Sequence record: PQ330092.1
Reading direction: 5' to 3' (one strand)
DNA: 64,000 nucleotides
Position numbers and translations under genes: made by a program. Shown in pieces: positions 28,230-38,616 of the stretch (the first letter of the stretch is position 1; every line of letters begins with the position of its first letter). The notes under the pieces were generated by a model. It saw nothing but the letters and a program-made list of their open reading frames with translations, was not told the origin of the DNA and did no database searches.

Positions 28230-28466
28230 ATGAAAGTTGAAGTTCAGCATAGTATTGTTCAGGATATGTCAGTAGTTAAATTTCTTTCCTTGAAAGATTA
28301 TTTCAGATGTATCAAGTTCCTAGAAGAATCTCAATTACAGTGGACCCCATTAAAGTACAGTTCATCCAATGATACTGCTAGTATTCGTTGTGATGAATCT
28401 GTACTTGTGAAAATCTCCAAGCGATTTGGGATTGGGAAATACAATGATAAACAATGCACAAAGTAA
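28230..28466 (+). CDS. hypothetical protein
   Basis: AAGGAG RBS. Confidence 0.7.
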   Translation: MKVEVQHSIVQDMSVVKFLSLKDYFRCIKFLEESQLQWTPLKYSSSNDTASIRCDESVLVKISKRFGIGKYNDKQCTK

Positions 28467-28755
28467 TTTACTATATATAAAGTCAGTAGAAGCTGAAATT
28501 AAAAATTCAGTACAAACTATCGTCGATGAAATGATTGACAAATACAAGAGCAATCTTATTGGAAAGAAAGTCAGATGTTGGGATTACACATTCAAACACT
28601 GGTACGATTCCGAGATTGTGAAAGTTGATGTGAATACTGATAGTAATGGTCTAATTAATGGTATTGCGTATATTGGTGTTTTAATACGCAAGGGAACACC
28701 ACAGGAATGGCTAACTTATCATAATATAGAGCATGTTAAATTTTTAGAGGATTAA
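28444..28755 (+). CDS. small YIG family protein
   Basis: YKSNLIGKKVRCW..EIVKV. Confidence 0.65.
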   Translation: MINNAQSNLLYIKSVEAEIKNSVQTIVDEMIDKYKSNLIGKKVRCWDYTFKHWYDSEIVKVDVNTDSNGLINGIAYIGVLIRKGTPQEWLTYHNIEHVKFLED

Positions 28756-28758
28756 AGG

Positions 28759-29691
28759 ATGCCAACTATCACACTAACAGTTGGATTGCCTGGGTGTGGT
28801 AAAACTACATGGGCAGTGCAAGAGATTAAAAACGCCAAATCCAAGACTATCAACATCAACCGTGATGATATTCGTGAATCTATGGCTGGGTCACATGATG
28901 CTTACAAATTCAACGATGCTAATGAGCAGTACGTAACTAATTTACAGTTCAGTGCAGCAAATTCAGCAGCAGAGAATGGTTGGAACATCATCATATCCGA
29001 TACGAACCTTAAACAACATTTCCGTAATCTATGGAAAGTATGGGCTAAAGATAATGGCTATGATTACAAAGAAAAGAACTTCTATGATGATTTTGTACCT
29101 AATGAAGACCGTGGTGCAGATGTTCATGAATTCTTTAAGATTAAAGAGTTCGTAAAACTTTGCAAGAAATATAATCTCCAGCGTGAGCGTTCAGTACAAG
29201 ATAATATCATTGACACTATGGCAGATACGTACTATTATAGTAAAGCATTGCACATTGGTTACTATGGTAATTCACGAGAAGCTGCTATTATCGTTGATAT
29301 CGACGGTACTCTTGCTCATAAATGGGGTCGTAATCCTTACGATGAAAGTACTGTTCTTCAGGATACACCTGATGAAGAAGTTATTTTGTCTATTATCGCT
29401 GAAGCAGTTTTTCATAAACGCAAGATTATCGTCATGAGTGGGCGTACTGAAGGGTGTCGTGCTGATACCGAACAGTGGCTTAAGAATTGGGGTGTTCCTT
29501 ACGATGCATTGTTTATGCGAGATATCGATGATAAACGTCCTGATGATGTTGTAAAATTCGACCTGTACATGAAAAATGTGGTTGATCATTACGATGTTAA
29601 AAAGGTATATGATGACCGCGATCAAGTTGTATTCATGTGGCGTAAACTACTTGGGTTGAAAGTTTTCCAAGTGGCTGAAGGAAATTTCTAA
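28759..29691 (+). CDS. pseT: polynucleotide 5'-kinase / 3'-phosphatase
   Basis: GLPGCGKTT P-loop, NRDDIR, HAD motif DIDGTLA, YDDRDQVV. Confidence 0.92.
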   Translation: MPTITLTVGLPGCGKTTWAVQEIKNAKSKTININRDDIRESMAGSHDAYKFNDANEQYVTNLQFSAANSAAENGWNIIISDTNLKQHFRNLWKVWAKDNGYDYKEKNFYDDFVPNEDRGADVHEFFKIKEFVKLCKKYNLQRERSVQDNIIDTMADTYYYSKALHIGYYGNSREAAIIVDIDGTLAHKWGRNPYDESTVLQDTPDEEVILSIIAEAVFHKRKIIVMSGRTEGCRADTEQWLKNWGVPYDALFMRDIDDKRPDDVVKFDLYMKNVVDHYDVKKVYDDRDQVVFMWRKLLGLKVFQVAEGNF

Positions 29692-29694
29692 TAC

Positions 29695-29722
29695 AAAAGG
29701 GATCATATATTGGTCCCTTTTT
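29695..29722 (+). terminator. intrinsic terminator
   Basis: AAAAGGGATC / GGTCCCTTTTT. Confidence 0.75.
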
Positions 29723-29916
29723 CTTTTAAGGTACATTATAGTGAATGTAACAACACAGATGTTATTACGAAAAGACTACTTAGAAAATATAGAACGATAC
29801 TATAGATTGTCTTTGTATGAAAATAAGCATAAAAATTATAGTTTTGATAAACTACTAAATTCCAGTACTGATGATTATCTATTTTCATCAATGTTTTATG
29901 TGAGAGGTTTATTATA

Positions 29917-30177
29917 ATGGATAAATTTCACACAGATATAACACAGATAGGTAATCTTATCAATAGTCTAATTACTGATTTAGAAGAAAAGTACTTAGGT
30001 CGAAATGTATACGTAGAAATGTATGAAACATATGGTGTTATTGATATGATTTATTACAGTGCATTGAAGTGTGAAATACGTTTAACAATATGTTTGTTTG
30101 AAAAAAATACATTCAACAGAAGTACTGCAATTCGCCAAGTTGGAGTTGATGATATAGAATTATACGAGGAACAATAA
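29917..30177 (+). CDS. small YIG family protein
   Basis: LEEKYLGRNVYVEMYETYGVIDMI. Confidence 0.7.
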   Translation: MDKFHTDITQIGNLINSLITDLEEKYLGRNVYVEMYETYGVIDMIYYSALKCEIRLTICLFEKNTFNRSTAIRQVGVDDIELYEEQ

Positions 30178-30428
30178 TGTTTGAGCAGGACTTAGAGATA
30201 TTCAAAAGTCATATTGATTACTTGACTATATTAGAAAATGATTTAACTACAAAGTACAAAGGCATTCGTGTTCTGTGCTGGTATGATGATTGGGATTATA
30301 AACGTGAACTCACGATTGATCGAATTTATTTCAGTGACGGTGTACTAAATGTACATGGTGTAAATGATTTTGGTCATTCATATACATATTCTAATAATGC
30401 TAAATTTAAAAGGATCTACAATGAATGA
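30177..30428 (+). CDS. small YIG family protein
   Basis: LTTKYKGIRV..LTIDRI. Confidence 0.7.
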   Translation: MFEQDLEIFKSHIDYLTILENDLTTKYKGIRVLCWYDDWDYKRELTIDRIYFSDGVLNVHGVNDFGHSYTYSNNAKFKRIYNE

Positions 30429-30723
30429 ATATTATCATAATTTATTCGATTACATAAAACTAATAGATGATCTTTCTTTTGAATTTCTCAGTACTGAAAA
30501 AGTTCTTGAACCTCTCTATTATGATTGTATTAGTTCACTATGTTTAGATGAAAAAGAGATATTAGCAAACAACTTACCATCCACGGTCTGTACAATCAAT
30601 GGTTCCAAGGCATTAGTGTGCGAGGTTAATTTTCATAAATCACTTAATACAATTGTTTACAAGTTCGATAACACTTGGGTAAATCATGTAACCAGTAATA
30701 TTAAATCTGTGAGATTTTTATGA
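30421..30723 (+). CDS. small hypothetical protein
   Basis: Packed ORF; internal ATG. Confidence 0.65.
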   Translation: MNEYYHNLFDYIKLIDDLSFEFLSTEKVLEPLYYDCISSLCLDEKEILANNLPSTVCTINGSKALVCEVNFHKSLNTIVYKFDNTWVNHVTSNIKSVRFL

Positions 30724-31016
30724 ATATAAAAAAATTATTTGAACAAGTAAATTTATTGTACTGGTGTTCAGACGGTTCAGATAAGGAATATAGTGAAGTT
30801 TATTTAGAACTGTTTAGAACTGAAATTCATCAAATTCGAAGATACCTAATTGATAACAAAACTAAAGTACAAGTAAGATACCATAACGGTACTTTAAAGA
30901 ATGGTGTAATTATTGGATTGATAGTTACACGAATGTCTAATAATATTAAAGTTGCAGTTAGATTAATGACTGATGATGGTGTCTACACAATAGAAGCTAG
31001 TGAGATTATATATTAA
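30720..31016 (+). CDS. small hypothetical protein (family-like)
   Basis: KVQVRY..KNGVIIGLIV. Confidence 0.65.
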   Translation: MNIKKLFEQVNLLYWCSDGSDKEYSEVYLELFRTEIHQIRRYLIDNKTKVQVRYHNGTLKNGVIIGLIVTRMSNNIKVAVRLMTDDGVYTIEASEIIY

Positions 31017-31322
31017 ATGGATATACAAACATTCAATAAACTTAAGTACTATGATGATGGTTTTGCATTAATAATTAACGAACTTGATGGAATACCATAC
31101 GAATATCATAATCAAGTAATGAAGATAATAAAATGTATATGTGAAGAATTAAAAAGTATATTTAAAAATGAATATGTTTATGATTTAGGTAATAGTAGCA
31201 AAAAACTATACATAAAGAAATTCTGGGGAACGCATTGCGGTTTGATGGTCGATTTAGGTTTAAGTTTAGACGATAATTCTGAATCATGTTCATTATATAT
31301 AGATGAAATGCGAATATCATGA
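31017..31322 (+). CDS. small hypothetical protein
   Basis: Abuts previous gene. Confidence 0.65.
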   Translation: MDIQTFNKLKYYDDGFALIINELDGIPYEYHNQVMKIIKCICEELKSIFKNEYVYDLGNSSKKLYIKKFWGTHCGLMVDLGLSLDDNSESCSLYIDEMRIS

Positions 31323-31379
31323 GACGTATCAGAATTCGGTGATATAATTTGATTACATCACCAATAGGGAGAAGTTGAA

Positions 31380-31706
31380 GTGAATGGTTCGTTTTTAACA
31401 ATATTAGAAAAGACAACCGAGATGCTTTCTAGCTCGTTAATGCAGATTTTCAGTACTAATAATTTATACAATACCCAGGTGTTAGATTCAATTAATAATA
31501 ACTATGTGGTAAGTATATCTGATGAAATATGTCCATTTAACGCGTATTCAATTTATAGTGTAGAAGAGTTTCATATATCCGAGATTCGATGTGGTTTTGG
31601 TGCTTGGTTAGTTCTAAATGAACGTTCAGGGTTGTCTTTATACATCGAAGAAGTTAGTAAATTTATATACAAAGGAGTAGAATATGTTAACCCCAATTAT
31701 TCTTAG
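31380..31706 (+). CDS. hypothetical protein
   Basis: GTG start after GGGAG. Confidence 0.6.
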   Translation: MNGSFLTILEKTTEMLSSSLMQIFSTNNLYNTQVLDSINNNYVVSISDEICPFNAYSIYSVEEFHISEIRCGFGAWLVLNERSGLSLYIEEVSKFIYKGVEYVNPNYS

Positions 31707-32313
31707 CAGTGCATATGTAATCGGTATTATTATTTCTGGTATGCTTGCATATAACTATAACAGAAGTGTTCTAGGTTATGTAGTACTTGGTACAGTACTA
31801 AGTCCAGTGATTGCCATTGGTCTTCTTGTTATGCTAGGTGAGAAAAATACAAGCTTCTTTATTACTAAAGAACTTGATAAAATCACTCCAGCACCAGAAA
31901 CAGTTATTCCAGAAGTTAAAGAAGAAGTTAAAGAAGTTGAAGTTCAAATGCAAGTTAAAGTGTATAATACACTTGAAGAAACTGATCCTAAAGTTGTAGT
32001 GAATGTAGTTCCAGTAGTTGAAGATGTGAAACCAAAAGCTCCTAAAGTACAGAAAAATACTAAAACTGCAAAGAAAGCTCGTTACACTAAAGGTAAGAAC
32101 AAAGGTAAATCTAAGGATGAACCAAAACTAGATGTTCATGACCATACTGCACAAATTGCAACGGCAGCGACCGCAGCAGCAATCGTAACATCACCAATCT
32201 ACAACAATGATGATTACAGTGATTATAGCCGTCACAGCAGTTCTTCCTCTGATTCTTGTTCCTATGATAGCTCTAGTTCTGATTCAAGTTCATCGTCTGG
32301 AAGTTGTGATTAA
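31684..32313 (+). CDS. membrane-anchored protein with Ser/Asp-rich tail
   Basis: Two N-terminal hydrophobic helices, Lys-rich linker, SSSSSDSC tail; AAGGAG RBS. Confidence 0.75.
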   Translation: MLTPIILSSAYVIGIIISGMLAYNYNRSVLGYVVLGTVLSPVIAIGLLVMLGEKNTSFFITKELDKITPAPETVIPEVKEEVKEVEVQMQVKVYNTLEETDPKVVVNVVPVVEDVKPKAPKVQKNTKTAKKARYTKGKNKGKSKDEPKLDVHDHTAQIATAATAAAIVTSPIYNNDDYSDYSRHSSSSSDSCSYDSSSSDSSSSSGSCD

Positions 32314-32642
32314 TGTCAATGAAACCACTAATTCAACATAATATTTTTTATAGGTCATTATTCAAAATTCAAGATGATTTTTATCAGACGTTGAGTAATG
32401 ATCTTATAGGTAAAACTGTACGATATTCGGAACAATACATCAAACGTATGACAAGTCAGTATATTGACCCTGAATACGAATACGACATTGAACACATTAA
32501 TCCCAATACTAGAATGAAAATCATTGAGATATTTAAGAATGGGAGAACTATAGGTGCTGAAATTGAGTACTTGAATTGTGATTGTTACATAGATACAGAG
32601 TTGAGTTTGGATTATCTTGTTTTAGTGGATGATGAGGAATAA
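32313..32642 (+). CDS. small YIG family protein
   Basis: NDLIGKTVRY..MKIIEI. Confidence 0.7.
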   Translation: MSMKPLIQHNIFYRSLFKIQDDFYQTLSNDLIGKTVRYSEQYIKRMTSQYIDPEYEYDIEHINPNTRMKIIEIFKNGRTIGAEIEYLNCDCYIDTELSLDYLVLVDDEE

Positions 32643-32644
32643 TT

Positions 32645-32860
32645 ATGATAACATTTTTTGCAATATATGGATTTGTAGCATTTGTTACATTTATAACCAA
32701 CTTTCTAGTACTCAATTGGGGTTGTTTTAAAGATGAAATCATGATTATCATGAATCTCCAAACAGCAGCACTGATGGCTATTATTTGGCCTATAACGTTA
32801 GTATATATTTTTATTTCACTTACCCAAGATATTATTAACAAATATAAGAGAAAGAAATAA
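32645..32860 (+). CDS. small membrane protein
   Basis: Two hydrophobic helices, WP motif. Confidence 0.7.
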   Translation: MITFFAIYGFVAFVTFITNFLVLNWGCFKDEIMIIMNLQTAALMAIIWPITLVYIFISLTQDIINKYKRKK

Positions 32861-33111
32861 TGTTCAACACTGACTTATCACATTTGCGATATCTTATGTC
32901 TTTGGCTGATGATTTTATAAATGATCTGAAGCCAAAATATATTGGTCAAGAAGTACGATTAATAAACTCCAGAGGGTATGGAAAGTATATTATTACTGAT
33001 ATGTATATTAGTGGTGGTGAATGGCGTTTTAAAATTAATACTTATCTTAAAGATGGTTCTTTTGCTGGAACACAAGTTACTAAACACACTAATATTATAT
33101 GGTTGGAGTAA
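32860..33111 (+). CDS. small YIG family protein
   Basis: LKPKYIGQEVRL..YIITDM. Confidence 0.7.
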   Translation: MFNTDLSHLRYLMSLADDFINDLKPKYIGQEVRLINSRGYGKYIITDMYISGGEWRFKINTYLKDGSFAGTQVTKHTNIIWLE

Positions 33112-33113
33112 TA

Positions 33114-33857
33114 ATGAAACACTTCTTAGAAGTAACCGTACCTGATGATAAAGATTTATACATTGTAGGTGATTTGCATGGTAATGGAAAACTATGGGAT
33201 GCTACAGTGAAAGAATTTGGTATTACACACAATGATTATGTTTTCAGTGTAGGTGATATTATCGACCGTGGAGAACAAAATTCAAAGCTCCTTTTTGAAT
33301 TTTTGTTCGGAGAAAATCGTTACATGATTGCGGGTAATCATGAGATGATGTGCGTTGATTCGGAAACACTTCGAGATTGGTATCATTGCTGGATAAGTAA
33401 TGGTGGTGATAAATTCCTTGATGAAGTTGGAGGAACAGGCATTCAATTCTTTCGTCAGTACTTAAAGGATCTCCCTATGATTATCCAAATCAATCACCGA
33501 GGATTGAAGATTGGGTTAGTTCATGCTGGAGTTCCGTTGGAATATACAACATGGGAACGATTTGTTAATGGGACAAAATCACTTAGTGCTGATATAATTG
33601 ATAAGTGCTTGTGGGATAGAAAAACATTCGATTATTGTAGAACTAATAATACATATTATGCACCTAAGTTAGATGGAGTGCATTGTGTCTTTAGTGGACA
33701 TACAGCAGTTACAGATCCACTAATTTACGGTAATCGCATTTGGATTGATAGTCAGTTCTTGACGGGTGACTTAACTCTCGCTACTCCACAAAGTGGTGGA
33801 ATGAGATACTTACGTAAAGAAAAAGATGAGTACTCATTCAATCGTTTCAAAAGGTAA
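33114..33857 (+). CDS. serine/threonine protein phosphatase (NinI/PphA-like metallophosphoesterase)
   Basis: GDLHG, GDIIDRG, GNHE, HAG, GHT motifs. Confidence 0.88.
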   Translation: MKHFLEVTVPDDKDLYIVGDLHGNGKLWDATVKEFGITHNDYVFSVGDIIDRGEQNSKLLFEFLFGENRYMIAGNHEMMCVDSETLRDWYHCWISNGGDKFLDEVGGTGIQFFRQYLKDLPMIIQINHRGLKIGLVHAGVPLEYTTWERFVNGTKSLSADIIDKCLWDRKTFDYCRTNNTYYAPKLDGVHCVFSGHTAVTDPLIYGNRIWIDSQFLTGDLTLATPQSGGMRYLRKEKDEYSFNRFKR

Positions 33858-33862
33858 TAATT

Positions 33863-34132
33863 ATGCATGATGTAGTTAAAAAATATTTGAATGATAGATA
33901 TATTATGAAAAAATCTATTAATTCTATCCTAAAAGATCATGCAAATCAAATACGTGAGATTCTATCAAATAAACTTATTGGTTGTTCAGTTGAGTTCAAC
34001 TACAAAAAGAATGTCGTGAAGGTTGGAGTTATTAAACGTGTAGTTGCTGTTTATGACCAAAATGTATATGTTGAAATTGAATATGATGGTAAATTATCAC
34101 AATTAAGTACTGAAGATTTAACATTTTTATAA
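33863..34132 (+). CDS. small YIG family protein
   Basis: NKLIGCSVEF..VGVIKRV. Confidence 0.7.
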   Translation: MHDVVKKYLNDRYIMKKSINSILKDHANQIREILSNKLIGCSVEFNYKKNVVKVGVIKRVVAVYDQNVYVEIEYDGKLSQLSTEDLTFL

Positions 34133-34142
34133 GGAAATAGAA

Positions 34143-34370
34143 ATGAAAGTAATTCAAGTTATGGTAGAAAAATACCAAACTGAAGATGGTCGCATTTTTG
34201 ATTCAGCTAAACAAGCTGAACATCATGAACGTATTATTTCAGGTGCACGTAAAGTGTGTCCTACATGTAATGGAACACAACAAGTGCCATCTGAAGACTA
34301 TCGCAGCTATTATGCATGTCCACGCTGTGATGGTAAAGGGTTTTTAGAAAAACAAGAGGTATGGAAATGA
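34143..34370 (+). CDS. DnaJ-type zinc-finger small protein
   Basis: CPTCNGT ... CPRCDGKG. Confidence 0.7.
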   Translation: MKVIQVMVEKYQTEDGRIFDSAKQAEHHERIISGARKVCPTCNGTQQVPSEDYRSYYACPRCDGKGFLEKQEVWK

Positions 34371-34780
34371 AATTGTATTGCTTAACTAATATGTACTGCC
34401 AAGGTGTCCAAGCTGGTATTCAAGCATTCCATGCTGGTGTTAAACTAATTAAAGAATATGAAGGTACTGCTTTCAGTACTATTATTGATGAATGGTACTA
34501 TGAACACGAAACTATTGTAGTACTAAATGCTGGTGGACATGATAAGTTAAATTCTTATTATAACAACCTTAGCAAACAGGGAAAAGTTCCGTTTGCCAAA
34601 TTCAATGAAGCTGGATTGAATGATGCTATTACCTGTGTAGCAGTACTGTGTACGTCTGAAATGATTGAAGACATGGCTGTTATGCGTATGAATCTTCCTG
34701 CTGGTGATCAACTAATGCAAGTAAAATATGGTGCATTGTTTGACACATTAAAAGCAATCAGCACAATGAGGACAATTTGA
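34361..34780 (+). CDS. peptidyl-tRNA hydrolase PTH2-like protein
   Basis: GVQAGIQAFHA..W..HETIVVLN, F.E.GLN..ITCVAV pattern. Confidence 0.6.
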   Translation: MEMKLYCLTNMYCQGVQAGIQAFHAGVKLIKEYEGTAFSTIIDEWYYEHETIVVLNAGGHDKLNSYYNNLSKQGKVPFAKFNEAGLNDAITCVAVLCTSEMIEDMAVMRMNLPAGDQLMQVKYGALFDTLKAISTMRTI

Positions 34781-35979
34781 TGGATTTTCCAGAGAAGTTA
34801 TTTGTTGCACGTTCCTATGTAAACCACAACCAAGTTGATGGTTTTATTATCGATGCAACAAAATCACATACAAAAGCGTTTGAAACAAAGAAAGAGAGAG
34901 CAGAGTACTGGGCAAAGAAGAACAATCTTCCATCGTTATATATTGACAACGTTCCAACTACGGGATTTTGTGTAGTTGATAAATTAACAACTCATGCACG
35001 AGAAACATATTTCACGATCCGTCACCCAGAAGGATTTGAATTTATGATTAGTGCAAAAAACATGAATGATTTAATTATCAATAACGATATAATCAAAGGT
35101 GTTTTTGTAGACCCAATGTTTTTCAACAATAACTTAGAATTAATTAATGGTAAAACAAAAACGTTTGCTAAGTTAGTTGAAAAAGAAAATAAAAAAGAAC
35201 AACAAAAAGAAACTGTAGCAGGTCTTAAAGTTGGTGATGGTTTCACTTATCTTAAAGAAGATTACTATTACTGCGGTAAAGTACATGCAATTTGTATAAA
35301 GAAAACTAAAGAATTTGCATATCCAGACAAAAGTTCAGTTTATCATTTACTTTTTAACAGTACTCGTGGAACTTATGCATTGAATCAACGTTTGGATAAT
35401 TACAATCTTGAACCTCGTGCACTCTTGAATAAGAAGACTACGGCAGATGAAGAAATTAAACTTGCTAATGATTTTTGGCAAAGCTATAGAACAAACAGAC
35501 ATAACCCATTAGGTGAATCTAACATTCCAGTACTGGTACACAATAAATCATTTAAAGCAAAAGACCTAAAAATTAAATATGAAGAAATAAATGTTGATGA
35601 TCTTATGAATAATGGACGTTTCAACGAGAACGTACCATTTATGACTAAAGATAATGAACAAACATATCGCGTATTTTTTGGTGTAAGTAATAATACAACG
35701 CGTAGTTATTATGGGCGTAGTGGAGATTATAATATCCATTATAATGATAAATTTGAACGCTTTAGTGCATATCCAGTTCAAATTGATGATAATGGGATTA
35801 TGGTAATGGATGTTGATATTAATGAACACTCATCATTTAGTACATGGAATGGCTATCGTTCCCCATTCTTCCCACCAAATGAACGCAAAACATCAAGTAC
35901 TCGTTACTACCAAGACAAACCATGCCACGTTCAATTATCAATTAGTAATCCACTTTACATTGGAAAGTATTATCTATAA
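34777..35979 (+). CDS. hypothetical protein (400 aa)
   Basis: Long ORF, TTG/ATG start overlapping upstream stop. Confidence 0.8.
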   Translation: MMDFPEKLFVARSYVNHNQVDGFIIDATKSHTKAFETKKERAEYWAKKNNLPSLYIDNVPTTGFCVVDKLTTHARETYFTIRHPEGFEFMISAKNMNDLIINNDIIKGVFVDPMFFNNNLELINGKTKTFAKLVEKENKKEQQKETVAGLKVGDGFTYLKEDYYYCGKVHAICIKKTKEFAYPDKSSVYHLLFNSTRGTYALNQRLDNYNLEPRALLNKKTTADEEIKLANDFWQSYRTNRHNPLGESNIPVLVHNKSFKAKDLKIKYEEINVDDLMNNGRFNENVPFMTKDNEQTYRVFFGVSNNTTRSYYGRSGDYNIHYNDKFERFSAYPVQIDDNGIMVMDVDINEHSSFSTWNGYRSPFFPPNERKTSSTRYYQDKPCHVQLSISNPLYIGKYYL

Positions 35980-35990
35980 AGGAATATACA

Positions 35991-37409
35991 ATGAGCATTT
36001 TAGCAATTCTAGAAAGCATTAAAAATACTAGCAGTACACTAGGCAAAAAAGCTATTCTTGAACAAAATAAAGATAATGTAACTTTACAAAAAGTACTGAA
36101 ATATACTCTAGACCCTTCTATCGTTAGTGGCTATAAGAAGCTCCCTGCCGCTGATGACGTATATCAACGTATGACGTTAGATGAAGCAATTGATAAGCTA
36201 GAATGCATTTACAAGCGTGATGTGACAGGAAATGCGGGGCGTGATTTCATTGCTTCAGTACTGGGTTCAGTATCAGAAGATGATCAAGAAGTTCTCCGTA
36301 AAATGCTTACTAAAAACCTTGATTGTGGTATTCAAGAAAAGAACTGCAATGATGTATTTGGTAAAGGCTTTATTAAAGACGAACCATATATGCGTTGTTC
36401 TTTGATTGACAAAAAGACTGCAAAGAACATTAACTTCAAAGATTATGGTTATGCTATATCAGAAGTGAAAATGGATGGTCAGTACTTGAACCACGTTGTC
36501 ATTAATGGTTCATTAACTTCTACATCCCGTAATGGTAAACTATACGACTTCCTGGGTTGTCGAGATGGTGAGATGGCAGGTCTTGCTCACATCATCCAAA
36601 GTAAAGATGAACGTTTTAGTAGTGGTGTAGTCTTTATGGGTGAAGGTGTAGTACTGGACAATGATGGGGAAACAATTCTCCCACGCACTACTGGCAACGG
36701 TATAATTCAGAAAGCTGGAAAAGATAGCATCAGTCAGAATGAAGCAATGCGTACTGTATTCGTTCTATGGGATGTTGTTCCATATGATGCATTTTGTGAA
36801 GGTGTATGGGATGTAAAACGTAAAGAACGTCGCGAGATCTTAGTAGATGCAATTAACGAACTCAATAGTGATTTTGTTCGTATGGTTGGATTCCGTAAAG
36901 TTCTAAACATCAAAGAAGCATTTGAGTACAATAGTGAACTAATGAACGAAGGTGAAGAGGGTTCAGTACTGAAATGTGAAGATGGTATCTGGAAATCTCA
37001 CACTTCTCCGAAGCAGTTGAAAATGAAATTGAAAATGCAACTAGACTTGCGTATTGTTGGTTTCAATGAAGGTGAAGGTAAACGTAAAGGAAGCCTAGGT
37101 TCTTTACAACTGGAAAGTGCTTGTGGTTCATTGAAAGTTAATGTGGGTACTGGTATCAAAGAGAAAGATGCTGAATGGACATTTAAAACCATTTGGGAAA
37201 GAATGCAAGAACTTATTGGTAAAGTGGTTACAGTTGAGTGTAATGACATTGTATTCGAGAAGCGTACTGGTGAGCCATCACTGTTCTTACCAGTGTTTAT
37301 TGAATTTAGATTTGACAAAAACACTTGTGACGACTATACTCGTATTTTAGAAATTCGTGATAGTGCTGTTGAGGTGTTCTCAAACAGTATCATTGAATCA
37401 CTTGGCTAA
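35991..37409 (+). CDS. lig: ATP-dependent DNA ligase (T4 gp30-like)
   Basis: SEVKMDG motif I, GEGVV, EGSVLK, LKMK, GSLGS, C-terminal LFLPVFIEFRFDK. Confidence 0.92.
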   Translation: MSILAILESIKNTSSTLGKKAILEQNKDNVTLQKVLKYTLDPSIVSGYKKLPAADDVYQRMTLDEAIDKLECIYKRDVTGNAGRDFIASVLGSVSEDDQEVLRKMLTKNLDCGIQEKNCNDVFGKGFIKDEPYMRCSLIDKKTAKNINFKDYGYAISEVKMDGQYLNHVVINGSLTSTSRNGKLYDFLGCRDGEMAGLAHIIQSKDERFSSGVVFMGEGVVLDNDGETILPRTTGNGIIQKAGKDSISQNEAMRTVFVLWDVVPYDAFCEGVWDVKRKERREILVDAINELNSDFVRMVGFRKVLNIKEAFEYNSELMNEGEEGSVLKCEDGIWKSHTSPKQLKMKLKMQLDLRIVGFNEGEGKRKGSLGSLQLESACGSLKVNVGTGIKEKDAEWTFKTIWERMQELIGKVVTVECNDIVFEKRTGEPSLFLPVFIEFRFDKNTCDDYTRILEIRDSAVEVFSNSIIESLG

Positions 37410-37428
37410 ACACTTATAGGAGGTAATT

Positions 37429-38220
37429 ATGAAATTTGTTGTAACGTCTGACGTACACGGTGGTACTGATTACCTCCATAGTGGTGATTACAGTGATACA
37501 GTACTGATTATTGCTGGGGATTTTGATGAAGTTAAACGTAGTCGTTATCGTACTGGCATTGAATCCCTGTGTAAACAGTTTAAGAATGTAGTACTGGTTC
37601 CTGGCAATCATGAATATTATGGTTCCAATATCCACAAAACGCATAAAGTACTGTCCGATATGCAAGATGAGATTCCAAATTTCATCTTTTTGCAAAACAA
37701 ATTTGTATGGCTGGATGGAGTACTGCTTGTTGGTAGTACTCTGTGGACAGACTTCGATAAAGGTAATTCTTTGACGAAGTTTGATGCTTGTCAGAAGATG
37801 AACGATTACAAACATATCCGTCATGGAACAACATCAGAGCCTTGGCGTAAGAAACTGACACCAGATGATACTGAGTTTATGCATCACAAAGATAAACAAT
37901 TTATCAAAAATTCTATTGACACAGTTCGCTTTATGCATGATAATGATTTCAAGGTCATCGTGGTTACCCATCACGCACCAAGTTATCAAAGTGTTTCACC
38001 AAAATATAAAAATGATTCACTGAATGGTTGTTACTGTTCCGATATGGATCAGTACATTGAAGATTTGGGTGCTGATGTTTGGATTCATGGTCATGTTCAT
38101 AGTAGCTTTGACTACCACATTGGTAAGACACGTATCATTTGTAATCCACGAGGCTATGAATCATACAGTGGAGCTTGTGAGAATTTTGATTACAATCCTA
38201 AATTTGTATTTGAAATTTAA
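37429..38220 (+). CDS. calcineurin-like metallophosphoesterase
   Basis: SDVH, AGD, PGNHEYY, THHAP, WIHGHVH, NPRGY. Confidence 0.85.
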   Translation: MKFVVTSDVHGGTDYLHSGDYSDTVLIIAGDFDEVKRSRYRTGIESLCKQFKNVVLVPGNHEYYGSNIHKTHKVLSDMQDEIPNFIFLQNKFVWLDGVLLVGSTLWTDFDKGNSLTKFDACQKMNDYKHIRHGTTSEPWRKKLTPDDTEFMHHKDKQFIKNSIDTVRFMHDNDFKVIVVTHHAPSYQSVSPKYKNDSLNGCYCSDMDQYIEDLGADVWIHGHVHSSFDYHIGKTRIICNPRGYESYSGACENFDYNPKFVFEI

Positions 38221-38232
38221 TGAGAGGATATT

Positions 38233-38616
38233 GTGTCATTAATTTATTTTGAACTACCAGAATATACCAATTATCCAAGCCGAGTTATTTGCTCAGTTTA
38301 TAGTAATGCATATCATCACTTGTTAGTGAATAGTAATAAAGCTGTGCATTATTATCGAAATAAAGAACCACGTACATTAAAGAATCGTTATGGGTTTGAC
38401 CCAACTAACACTGAAGTTGAACTCTGTGATCTGTTCGGGGAAGTAATGGTGGTGTTGAAACGAGATATTCATCTTTTCCATACATACAAACTTAATCAGT
38501 ACTTTATGGAAACACTGTCTATACGTTCCCATGCTCCGATGATTAAAGTTGATTTGAATTATGTTGATGATAAATTGAAATATGATTTCATTAATTCACT
38601 TGTTTATTTGGAGTAA
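38233..38616 (+). CDS. hypothetical protein
   Basis: GTG start after GAGGA. Confidence 0.7.
   Translation: MSLIYFELPEYTNYPSRVICSVYSNAYHHLLVNSNKAVHYYRNKEPRTLKNRYGFDPTNTEVELCDLFGEVMVVLKRDIHLFHTYKLNQYFMETLSIRSHAPMIKVDLNYVDDKLKYDFINSLVYLE

Noticed and set aside
32220-32310. Ser/Asp-rich low-complexity repeat (SSSSSDS)
   Set aside because: Protein-level low complexity with varied codons, not a DNA repeat element.
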